A stretch of DNA of 64,000 bases from Candidatus Thalassarchaeaceae archaeon (GTDB taxonomy: Archaea; Thermoplasmatota; Poseidoniia; Poseidoniales; Thalassarchaeaceae): contig JAJPRD010000005.1 of the NCBI GenBank assembly GCA_023700255.1, positions 2,077 to 66,076 on the forward strand, in the 5' to 3' direction. Positions within the stretch are counted from its first letter, which is position 1. Each line of letters starts with the position of its first letter. The position numbers were made by a program, and so were the translations under genes. The notes beneath the pieces were generated by a model. That model did not search any database and was not told where the DNA came from. It saw only the letters and a list, made by a program, of their open reading frames with translations. Positions 37,301-45,365 of the stretch are shown here, in pieces.

Positions 37301-39269
37301 GTGGATTGACCTATCCTCTTCAGGTAGAATAATTGATTTATTAGAAGAAACAATAGATAGATCAGATATTTTAATCTCATATCCAGATGTTGTTTCTAGA
37401 CAAGATATTGAACAAATTATAGACATAATAAGATCTCTTTCTAGAGAAGTAGGTGGAGATCCAATAATTATTGCCGATACGATTAGGAATCTCAGGGAAA
37501 GTAGTGGTAATGCATTAGAAGCGGTCACTATCCCTCCTAGTGATGCGGTTAGGGTGATGACTATACACGGATCCAAAGGACTTCAATCGAAGGTTGTTAT
37601 ATTAGCAGATATATTCAGTGGAAGGCAAACCAATATGACTATGGAAGATAGAGATAGATTAATTGTTGGACCAGAAATATTTGCTGGAAATCCAAGGCCA
37701 TGGGCAAATCAACTTTCTCCAGTTTCAGCATTATGGAAACATGCTAGGAAAATTCACAAAGCTCGTAAAAATGCAGAGTCCAGACGCTTACTGTATGTAG
37801 GTGCAACTCGTGCAGAAAATAAACTAATAATAGTTGGATCTACTAAAGAAACTTCATGGGCGTTCGATGAAGGAATTATTTTCCCTTGGACATATAATGA
37901 AACTCTTCCCCAACTGGGAGAGATGTGGATTGAATCTCTACGCCAAGGATCTGGAAATAGGGGGGAAGATACATCTCCCTGGTTAGATTCTTCAGATATA
38001 GTATTACAAGATATACCAGTTAAAAGTAAGGGAAGCCGTATTTTCGACCCTTCGATGATGATTAATAACGGATATCTGGGAGACTTAGAAGGATTACGGG
38101 GATTATCTATTTTCCACCATCCTGAGTGTTTTAACACTACAGTAGATCTTCAATATCAAATCTCAACACCATTAGTCAGAATCGAAGAAATACATAAAAA
38201 TGCGATAGAATCTATACAACAAGAAATTCCAGATTTCAAACCTCCTCGAAACGATTCTTTAATGAGGATGAAAATAGCTCCAAGTAAAATCTCAATTTTA
38301 GAAAAATGCGCTAGAAGATATTGGTTTGAGACAAAGGGAGGACTGTCTTCATTACCGGTTATTCCATTAGATGATAAGTCTAATTTGGGAGGCTTACCCA
38401 GAGGAATAGACGCAGCACTTTTCGGAACTATTGTTCATAGAATAATAGAAATTGGTATAGGAAATCCAGGACCGATTGGTGAGCACCCCACAACTCCATT
38501 GCCTAAATCTTGGGTTCAAAAAACAGATGACTTAATCCATAGTCATGACATTCATAAAATTGTATTTGACGAATTGCTGTCTCCAAATGCCGATAAAAAG
38601 AATATTGGTCTTTTGGTTGATAGTATGATCAAAAGATTACAATCTGGTCCACTTGGTATTCTCACATCAGGCCAATCTTTTGATGGACATAGAGTAGAAG
38701 GCCTTAGGACAGAAATGCCATTTAATCTAACAAAGAAAATAAAATTGAATGATTTTATACGTTCTAGATGGACTCCTGACGGTGCTGAACCTTTATCTAA
38801 AATTGAATATGCAGAATTTGAAATGGATGGACTAATTGATTTGGTATTATGCACAACGTCTGATACAGAATCATACATACGTCCTGTAGACTTGAAAACT
38901 GAAGAAGCAAGAAAACTAATCAATGGAGACAATACTGGTTTATTGGAAACACTGGGCGATATGGGAACTAAACCTAATTGCGATGCCGAATTAGTAGTTC
39001 TAATGCAGCATAGGATGCAACAAGCCCTATATTTTAGGGCATTAGAAAGTATCGAGGAAGAGAGATACAAATATGGATATCTTCCAAGAAAGGTATTACC
39101 TCCTGCTATTTTGATTGGAGTTACTGGGCGCTTTGTAGAATATCCTGAAGAAATGTTAAATGATGCATTAAATGATTTGGATAATAATTTAATTTTAGCA
39201 TCAGAGATTGCTTTTAGTTCTGAAATGAAACTTTCTGATTATCCATGTAGTTGTAATGAATGCCCATAA
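34395..39269 (+). CDS. addA: AddA-like UvrD/Rep superfamily-1 helicase with a C-terminal RecB-family nuclease domain (1624 aa)
   Basis: Motif I IDAGAGTGKTS, II FIIDEAQDNSP, III VGDVKQSIYAFRQA, IV VNYRT, V MTIHGSKGLQ, VI LLYVGATRAENKLIIVG. Nuclease motifs: FGTIVHRIIE, GLIDLV, VDLKT, QQALYFRAL. Confidence 0.8.
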   Translation: MNLNTAQRLALNLDSHIVIDAGAGTGKTSTIIDRVIEHYLTEDQRATRILPAPERPSRLDGGLLLSPVSETIDLRKWGGLLPGEVVLLTFTNRASDEMRDRLRNRISRLKPGPIGDDGINRTDPRIRHQGFNEQLLTLLEDAPIGTIDSFFNQLISPYKGYLGDSFSKEVVSDSSRILLIESALNTLWRLPNSLNLIGDAVDSGIPSEIASQVLNARDNIARHYSGRRTAANILRSLVYKSIFIQEGSRLLIDKDGKIDPNLLCGRIIESIDISEVTQFTDQIYSEISNYCNLIKDHAAVLAPEGVFSDTRIATLDKLCELGIPSDKWNKLIWLSHILLCISSESSILSEKPTLFPSSKLPSNDWESGVLSYAKISNKTTKELVRDEMKDIISNIKDIWGSKLGKLILHYTQITLIFDNSNPPSAPEDWQHPLSALPFPLPERLKSGEKVNKYHFTLDAEVQNLNDLRLMHDGFLGILNNLKENEETHDYEDVQRLTGDLLLANCPDICRYFYPSPIQDALDSLSTETWRDDHISRAFEVLENMEKNPDLAGNNSHNLSAIRMDITQRYELLKRIRRRYRAFIIDEAQDNSPLQWRLLSRLWGERHIEDGEITVPDTPWQPTVCYVGDVKQSIYAFRQAEVTGFLEYAKILRTINSHEFSSIKALTRAPPLRRENASRDPRNSYNLSIAKANLVAKDGGRNLIPWIPFDLSDVHLPIPSPEEIEARKEGLIRLQVNYRTDGGLLKVMNNWWNDIFHVKHRNIPNGNFYAQPQPLFPSREKINSNGSLEWICPINTGENVNPVTDLKIPLDPFGPGKPDSIERQSMMIAMRVKNLIEGKSVKVKSPNGEWTELPAEDSIEPSEIMILLPSRSKIRDVIIRYLHDLGIPAQADREGGLLDRPAAHTIEGLLQFIARPFSRHHAAWVARSSLIGFDDDRLQEFIYNSSKDENLLIRLSNFTVNGRQKELVQRWIDLSSSGRIIDLLEETIDRSDILISYPDVVSRQDIEQIIDIIRSLSREVGGDPIIIADTIRNLRESSGNALEAVTIPPSDAVRVMTIHGSKGLQSKVVILADIFSGRQTNMTMEDRDRLIVGPEIFAGNPRPWANQLSPVSALWKHARKIHKARKNAESRRLLYVGATRAENKLIIVGSTKETSWAFDEGIIFPWTYNETLPQLGEMWIESLRQGSGNRGEDTSPWLDSSDIVLQDIPVKSKGSRIFDPSMMINNGYLGDLEGLRGLSIFHHPECFNTTVDLQYQISTPLVRIEEIHKNAIESIQQEIPDFKPPRNDSLMRMKIAPSKISILEKCARRYWFETKGGLSSLPVIPLDDKSNLGGLPRGIDAALFGTIVHRIIEIGIGNPGPIGEHPTTPLPKSWVQKTDDLIHSHDIHKIVFDELLSPNADKKNIGLLVDSMIKRLQSGPLGILTSGQSFDGHRVEGLRTEMPFNLTKKIKLNDFIRSRWTPDGAEPLSKIEYAEFEMDGLIDLVLCTTSDTESYIRPVDLKTEEARKLINGDNTGLLETLGDMGTKPNCDAELVVLMQHRMQQALYFRALESIEEERYKYGYLPRKVLPPAILIGVTGRFVEYPEEMLNDALNDLDNNLILASEIAFSSEMKLSDYPCSCNECP

Positions 39270-39363
39270 AGCCATATATAATTTGTTAATTGATAATATC
39301 TGATTATCTAAATTGATACTTTGCTAGGGAAGAATACATTTGCTACCTTGCGTACACAGCATC

Positions 39364-40776
39364 ATGGCCCCGGACCTCGACGCTTTGATGAAACGTAGTG
39401 ATGAATTATGGGAGGACTCTATTCTTCCTAGTTTAGGTGAATTTATAGAAATAGCAGCTCTCTCTCCTGCTTTTGAACCAAATTGGGCAGAAAAAGGAGA
39501 TTTATCTGCTACTTTAGATCTTTTCTGTGCATGGCTAGATGATCAAAAACTATCGGGAATGTCATATGAAATCCATCAAATGGACGGTTTAACTCCAGTC
39601 CTTCTAGTAACAGTCGAAGGAACTGGTGCAGGTGAAGTTATTTTCTATTCTCACTTAGACAAACAACCGTCAAAACCAGAATTATGGTCAGAAGGACTCC
39701 ACCCTTTGAAAGCAGTACGTAAAGATCCATGGTTATTTGGTAGGGGGGCATTAGATGATGGTTATGGCGGATATTTATGCGTTACCGCCCTAAGGATGCT
39801 ACAAGAATTGAATACGCCACATCCAACATGCAAATTCTTGATAGAGACATGTGAAGAGTCAGGTTCATTCGACCTTCCTCCATATTTAGATTTATTAACT
39901 GAAAAACTGGGAGATCCAGATCTAATAGTAGTTTTAGACAGCGGAGGGCCTGATTATGATCATATTTGGACTACTGAAGCATTGAGGGGCCTTGTTTCAG
40001 GAACTCTTTCTGTACAAGTATCGCATGAAGGAGTTCATTCGGGTATGGCCGGCGGTACTATTCCATCGTCTTTTAGGGCTCAAAGAATTCTTCTAGATAG
40101 AATTGAAGATTCTTCAACAGGAGAGATTTTAATTCCAGAAATGCATGTTCCTATTTCAGATAAAATTAAGAATCAAGCTTCAGAATTAGCCAAGGTAATA
40201 GGAAATTCCATTTGGGAAGGATTACCTGTAGTGGATACTTTGATTTCTCAATCCAGCTCAGTAGAAGAAAGTCTTCTCGATATAAACTGGAGGCCTGCTT
40301 TGGGAATTATTGGGGCTGATGGAATGCCATCAGTACAATCCGCAGGAAACGTATTAAGAACAAATACAGATTTAAAACTGAGTTTTAGAATACCACCGGG
40401 AGTTAATGCAGAATCCGTAGAAAAAATCGTAAAAGAAAAATTAGAAGACAATCCTCCATTTGGAGCGAAGGTAATATTCCATCTTGATCCATCTGCAGAT
40501 GGATTTCATGCACCTCCTCTTGATGGTCCACTTCTAGAATCATTAAATGAGGCTTCAATGCACATAACTGGACTACCTCCATTAGCTATATGGGTAGGAG
40601 GGACAATACCCTTCATGGCAATGATGCAGAATAAATATCCAAGTGCAAAATTTTTGTGTACAGGTACCGGTGGTCCGGGAAATAATGCCCATGGCCCTGA
40701 TGAAAAATTACATATCCCATCTTCCAAGAGACTTACTGCAGTACTTTCAGCCACAATTGCTGCATTATCGAGATGA
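39364..40776 (+). CDS. M20-family metallopeptidase (dipeptidase-like)
   Basis: FYSHLDKQP, GRGALDDGYG, ETCEESGS and a C-terminal HGPDE. ATG 39364 is preferred to the TTG at 39340. Confidence 0.8.
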   Translation: MAPDLDALMKRSDELWEDSILPSLGEFIEIAALSPAFEPNWAEKGDLSATLDLFCAWLDDQKLSGMSYEIHQMDGLTPVLLVTVEGTGAGEVIFYSHLDKQPSKPELWSEGLHPLKAVRKDPWLFGRGALDDGYGGYLCVTALRMLQELNTPHPTCKFLIETCEESGSFDLPPYLDLLTEKLGDPDLIVVLDSGGPDYDHIWTTEALRGLVSGTLSVQVSHEGVHSGMAGGTIPSSFRAQRILLDRIEDSSTGEILIPEMHVPISDKIKNQASELAKVIGNSIWEGLPVVDTLISQSSSVEESLLDINWRPALGIIGADGMPSVQSAGNVLRTNTDLKLSFRIPPGVNAESVEKIVKEKLEDNPPFGAKVIFHLDPSADGFHAPPLDGPLLESLNEASMHITGLPPLAIWVGGTIPFMAMMQNKYPSAKFLCTGTGGPGNNAHGPDEKLHIPSSKRLTAVLSATIAALSR

Positions 40777-40857
40777 ACATGTATTTTTTGACTCAGAGAT
40801 GACATTAATTCCGCCGATGTTAAATCAGATGCTTCAGTCGAACATAGTGAGATAACC

Positions 40858-41475
40858 ATGAACGAAGGCGATAATGGAATCGGTTTTCCTGAACCAAACC
40901 CTCCCTCTATAGCAAATTTAGAAGAAGAGTTGAGAATAGCAAATGATCGCTTAGAAAAATTATATGCAGCATATAATGAATCTTCAAAGATGAATGAAGA
41001 GCTACAAGCTATAGTCGAAGTACTAGAAAAAGAAGCAATAGAAAGCGAAATCGAAAAAGAAGGAATCCAATCTCTTCTGAATGAGAAGGATGATAGATTG
41101 AGAACTATGGAATTAGATCGTGCAAAAGCAAACAAAACAATTGAACATCTTCAACCAAAATTAGAAAAAACTGAAGAAATGTATTCGAGAGAAAAAGCAA
41201 GACTAGGGCGTGTTTTTGAAGTTGCTGAGGAATTAGATGAGGCTTTACAAACTGCAACCACTGAAATGTCTGCACGTGATGATTGGTATGTTCAACATAT
41301 GCAATTATTTGAAAATCTAAATCAAGCAATCCAAACTAGGTATGAAATGATAGACAGTGCTGTTCAAGCAATGTCCGAATTCCGTCAAAAACAAGATACT
41401 TTCAAAGAACGTATGGACGAAGCACTCGATGCAGTAAAAGATAAAATCGGTGATGAAGAACAAGACGAATCTTGA
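40858..41475 (+). CDS. Hypothetical coiled-coil protein
   Basis: 205 aa, heptad-rich and Glu/Lys/Leu-rich, with no recognisable catalytic motif. Confidence 0.5.
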   Translation: MNEGDNGIGFPEPNPPSIANLEEELRIANDRLEKLYAAYNESSKMNEELQAIVEVLEKEAIESEIEKEGIQSLLNEKDDRLRTMELDRAKANKTIEHLQPKLEKTEEMYSREKARLGRVFEVAEELDEALQTATTEMSARDDWYVQHMQLFENLNQAIQTRYEMIDSAVQAMSEFRQKQDTFKERMDEALDAVKDKIGDEEQDES

Positions 41476-42258
41476 TTATACGGGTTTAGACCCATCCGCT
41501 AATCTAATACATTTAGCAGGCAATCCGCCCCAAACTTCTCCTGCAGGGACATTAGTCCATTTTGGTAAAACAGCCCTAGAAGCAATGACCGCACCTTCCC
41601 CAATTGTACAACCAGGCTGAATAATTGATTCCGTCCCAATAAGGGCATCATTCCCAATAACAACCGGGGCCATGACTAACTCCCCCTTCTCAGTTAAATG
41701 AGCATTAATAACTGCCTTTCCGCCTATCACGACCCTTTTACCAATTGTAACAGATCCGCAATCATTGATATTGGGTGAATTTATTTGGGCCCCCTTTCCA
41801 ATTTTAGCTCCTGATAATCTATAATATGTATTGCCAATAAATGAGGGTACCAAATGAGGTAGGAAAAATAAAGCCACTTTATGAAAAATCATTGACCATG
41901 CCCATTGAATTGTAACAAAAGATTGTAATGGATATCTTCCGGGTTCTATTCGTGGCCTTAATAATCCAGCCATGATTCCACTAACAAAAACTAAACTTAT
42001 TCCCCAGGTCATTACAAACAATCCCAATGATACCCCAATTCCAGTTAATTCAATGATATAACCTCCCGTAGTTGATGCAGATAATGATAATGGCAATTCT
42101 TGTCCATGCCAATAATAAAACAGGGCTATTGCAGGAATTGCAGTAAGTCCAATTATTACACCAAATATTGGCAATACTATAGCTGTTAATAAATTTTGAA
42201 CTAATATAAATGACTTCATTGGCTCACCAGTTATCATATCGCAGACGTGTTGTAACAA
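41476..42258 (-). CDS. Membrane-anchored hexapeptide-repeat (left-handed beta-helix) acyltransferase
   Basis: About 4 N-terminal TM helices, then hexapeptide repeats: GAQINSPNINDCGSVTIGKRVVIGGKAVINAH...VIGNDALIGTESIIQPGCTIGEGAVIASRAVL. Confidence 0.65.
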   Translation of the reverse strand: MLQHVCDMITGEPMKSFILVQNLLTAIVLPIFGVIIGLTAIPAIALFYYWHGQELPLSLSASTTGGYIIELTGIGVSLGLFVMTWGISLVFVSGIMAGLLRPRIEPGRYPLQSFVTIQWAWSMIFHKVALFFLPHLVPSFIGNTYYRLSGAKIGKGAQINSPNINDCGSVTIGKRVVIGGKAVINAHLTEKGELVMAPVVIGNDALIGTESIIQPGCTIGEGAVIASRAVLPKWTNVPAGEVWGGLPAKCIRLADGSKPV

Positions 42259-42372
42259 GATGTTTCGGGCTATATTCTAAAAATTTAAATCAATACGGTA
42301 GATTAATTAGAAGCAGGCACATGTATATGCCTATCCATTTCGAAATTTTAGAAGCATAAGGGGAAAAGTAAA

Positions 42373-43353
42373 ATGTTCAATACAAAATTAACCATTGATG
42401 CCGACATAAAATATCCTATCATTTGTGGTGCAATGTATCCATGTTCAAATCCTGAATTAATTGCGGCAGCTTCCAAAGGAGGCGGAATCGGCATAATACA
42501 GCCTGTTTCCTTGACTATGGTCCATGGATATGATAAGCCAAATAGAAAAGAAGGACTAAGATCGGGAATTAAAAAAATACAATCACTTACTGATAAACCA
42601 ATTGGATTTAATGCATTAATAGAAAAAGGTAGCCAGAAATACCTACAACAGATGTCAGAATGGATTGATGTTGCGCTTGAAGAAGGAATCAGATTTTTTG
42701 TGACATCTCTAGGAAAACCAGATTGGGTATGTGAAAAAGTTCACTCATATGGTGGAGTAGTTTATCACGATGTTACTAATCTAAAATGGGCAAAAAAAGG
42801 TAAAGAATGTGGTGTTGATGGTTTAATTTGTGTGAATGACAGAGCAGGTGGGCACTTAGGTCAATTATCTATGAAACAGATGTATGAACAACTTTCTAAT
42901 TTAGGATTACCATTAATCTGTGCAGGAGGAATAGGAAGTGAAATAGAATTGAAAGAAGCTATGGAAGTTGGATACGATGGAGTTCAAATCGGTACAAGAT
43001 TTATTGCAACAGATGAGTGTACGACCCCTGAGGATTATAAATCTGCAATATTGAAGGCCAATGAAGAAGATATAACTTGGACGACCAAATTAACAGGTAT
43101 CCCAATCTCAGTAATCAATTCAAATAAATTCAAGAAACGGAACTCATGGATTGTAAGAAAACTTTTACAAAGTAGGTTCAAACATAGAATTAGAGCATTA
43201 ATCACCGTGGTATCATTTTACAGAATGAAGTCCTTTACGAAGGGTAAAAATAGTTCTCCCAAGGATCTTTGGTCAGCTGGAAAAAGTGTCCATACAATAG
43301 ATAGTATAGAATCTGCTACAATAATTATGGAGCGTCTAGGGGAATCGTTGTAA
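42373..43353 (+). CDS. Nitronate monooxygenase / enoyl-ACP reductase II-like FMN oxidoreductase (NMO family)
   Basis: YPIICGAMYPCSNPELIAAASKGGGIGIIQP ... AGGHLG ... ICAGGIGS ... GYDGVQIGTRF. Confidence 0.8.
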   Translation: MFNTKLTIDADIKYPIICGAMYPCSNPELIAAASKGGGIGIIQPVSLTMVHGYDKPNRKEGLRSGIKKIQSLTDKPIGFNALIEKGSQKYLQQMSEWIDVALEEGIRFFVTSLGKPDWVCEKVHSYGGVVYHDVTNLKWAKKGKECGVDGLICVNDRAGGHLGQLSMKQMYEQLSNLGLPLICAGGIGSEIELKEAMEVGYDGVQIGTRFIATDECTTPEDYKSAILKANEEDITWTTKLTGIPISVINSNKFKKRNSWIVRKLLQSRFKHRIRALITVVSFYRMKSFTKGKNSSPKDLWSAGKSVHTIDSIESATIIMERLGESL

Positions 43354-43391
43354 TTTAGATAGATTAAATTAGTTTGAATAATTACTAAATT

Positions 43392-43566
43392 ATGTCATTA
43401 ATGGTACTGCTGCCATCACTGTCATGGTAAAAGATACGTATCCTAAAATTAAGAAAGTCAATATATGTCCTGAGTTCATATTTCGTTCTTACCGTTATCC
43501 CATTAATATAAGGGTGTTTAAAATTACTAATTTACCATATATACTGTTGTATTCATTCAATCATAA
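43392..43566 (+). repeat. 175-bp direct repeat, copy 1 (100% identical to 46620-46794)
   Basis: Base-by-base comparison of both copies found no mismatch. The flanks diverge immediately on both sides. Confidence 0.95.
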
Positions 43567-43849
43567 TCACAGCATAAAATTTCATATTTTGACGTTATGA
43601 AGTAAATATACACCATTGAGTCATATTGAAATGGACTTGGTACCAGTATCTTCCAGTGAAGGATGTAGTCTGGCTTAAGCAGATGTTCCGTCAAGAATTG
43701 GATTTGCGCCCACCCTCACTTACGAAAATAGATATCTACTAAATTATAAATTATTCATTAGGCCATAATTAACTCAGCCTTGAATCTACGTAGTATGTCC
43801 TCTCCTGCTCTAGAGTCGGGACTGAGTTTATGGTGTGGTATGCATATCG

Positions 43850-44452
43850 ATGGGCATGAAGCCGGTAGCTATACTGATGACGCTACTGATGATATCGACA
43901 ACTCTTGTAGGTTGCGTGGGAATTGATAGACTCTTGAAGGAACCAACCGACACTGCATTCTGGGATTGTAGGATTGAGGTATCATTAGACGGTCTAGATG
44001 TGGAGACTTACCGAGAAGCTGTGGAACAGCACCCAGGTTACCCTGAGTGGTGCGGAGCGCCGGTCCCAAAGGAAATGCTCGTGGATGACCCGGGTCCTGG
44101 CTTCCTTGATGGCAGCAATTCCTCCCTCCCTCCCTCCGACGAGTCTTACGGTTCGGCTAATGAAGGAGGAGTATGGGGAAGGAATGCGACACACTTCATT
44201 GGCTCATGGCCGGGACCGGAAGAATGTTCCACGATGACTATCTACGATATCTTCGATTGGATTGACTGGCCAAGCGATTACTCAGATGGTGAGGTGGGGC
44301 AATGGGACGAGGAGATTTCCCTGTGTTCTACTCCGGTACCATGCGAGAGTTTGACCGACTCCGAACTCATCTACGAGAGGTGCTGGCCCACTCCTTACGC
44401 CCGGTACTACTGGACTGGAGAATATCTTTACATCGGCCAGGCAAGTGTATGA
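43850..44452 (+). CDS. Hypothetical lipoprotein-like exported protein (G+C-rich gene)
   Basis: Signal peptide with MISTTLVGCVG. The mature part is Trp/Cys/Pro/acidic-rich. Start taken at ATG 43850; the ORF opens with GTG at 43835. Confidence 0.55.
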   Translation: MGMKPVAILMTLLMISTTLVGCVGIDRLLKEPTDTAFWDCRIEVSLDGLDVETYREAVEQHPGYPEWCGAPVPKEMLVDDPGPGFLDGSNSSLPPSDESYGSANEGGVWGRNATHFIGSWPGPEECSTMTIYDIFDWIDWPSDYSDGEVGQWDEEISLCSTPVPCESLTDSELIYERCWPTPYARYYWTGEYLYIGQASV

Positions 44453-44669
44453 ATAGTGTTAATGCTGAAAGGATGGGTTACAATCAGTCCTTCAGGAGTC
44501 ACCGTTCCAAACATCGCCTTGATAAGATAAATCACTTTTCAGTCAATATGGCTGCAGTTGTAAATGATTCAGAAAAACTTGTACGATCTGTATCCGGGTT
44601 TAGATTGACGTTAGGAGATGAAGGTAATGAGCATCTTTGATTTTACAATTTTAGGGAGAAAGAGTCTAG

Positions 44670-45260
44670 ATGACAGAGATTAAAATAAGAAAGAGTGACA
44701 AGGAACTAACCTCTTATGAGGTGTTCATGAAAGTAGGTAATATGTTAGTTGGCTTTTTGGCATTTATTGGGGTGTCGATTGGAATTGGAGTATCTGAAGG
44801 AACCATAATTCCTGTGATTATTTGTGGTTTACCTCTTACATTAATTGTTATAATGTTACTTTACCAGGTGATGATGCATTTTCTCGGCTATGGTAAAATG
44901 GTGATAACATCTAAAAATGAAATCGTTCTTAGAACACCAAAGTCAGGTCGAAAGAAAACTAGTAGAAAGAAAACTAGTATATTTACATCTCTAAGCAAGA
45001 TGATAACAAATCCAATAGCTAAAATGATGATGAGGGAAGCGGATAAAGATGGTGACGGTAGGATTTCTTTTGATGAATGGATTGATGCTTCAACCATAAA
45101 TGAATCTGAATCAAATGAGCTTAGAATAGAATTCGATAAATGTGATGTTGATGGAGATGGTTACCTATCTTTGGAAGAATTAAGAACATTTATATCATCT
45201 AGTAATCAAGAGAATTGGGGAGAAGAAAAGACCAATAATTGGTGGGAAAAATCGAACTAG
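44670..45260 (+). CDS. Membrane protein with two canonical EF-hand Ca2+-binding loops
   Basis: Two N-terminal TM helices. EF loops are DKDGDGRISFDE and DVDGDGYLSLEE. The tail is NNWWEKSN. Confidence 0.75.
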   Translation: MTEIKIRKSDKELTSYEVFMKVGNMLVGFLAFIGVSIGIGVSEGTIIPVIICGLPLTLIVIMLLYQVMMHFLGYGKMVITSKNEIVLRTPKSGRKKTSRKKTSIFTSLSKMITNPIAKMMMREADKDGDGRISFDEWIDASTINESESNELRIEFDKCDVDGDGYLSLEELRTFISSSNQENWGEEKTNNWWEKSN

Positions 45261-45365
45261 TCTTCACCTATTAATGTATGAGGCAAATAGGAACTTAAAA
45301 GTCATGATAATTTTTCCAATCAGATACTCAATCATATTATTTAATATCCTTAACTACGACTAATC

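Noticed and set aside
40506-41135. 209-aa ORF on the minus strand overlapping the 3' end of the M20 peptidase gene and the coiled-coil gene.
   Set aside because: It is antisense to two well-supported genes and has a Ser/Phe/Ile-rich low-complexity composition with no motif. The same reasoning applies to other antisense ORFs: 38552-39070, 37754-38137, 20746-21210, 29239-29610, 52094-52447, 54066-54530 and 54650-55117.
43567-43834. Sequence gtagtctggcttaagc...ggatttgcgcccaccc just inside the islet, checked as a possible tRNA fragment or att core.
   Set aside because: I could not fold a D-arm or T-arm. The resemblance to tRNA elements is superficial.
43869-44640. Several 66-112 aa ORFs on both strands (43869-44069, 43994-44194, 43998-44237, 44302-44640) inside or just after the G+C-rich gene.
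   Set aside because: They are expected by-products of stop-poor G+C-rich DNA. They overlap one another and the 43850-44452 ORF, which alone has a signal peptide. They have no motifs.
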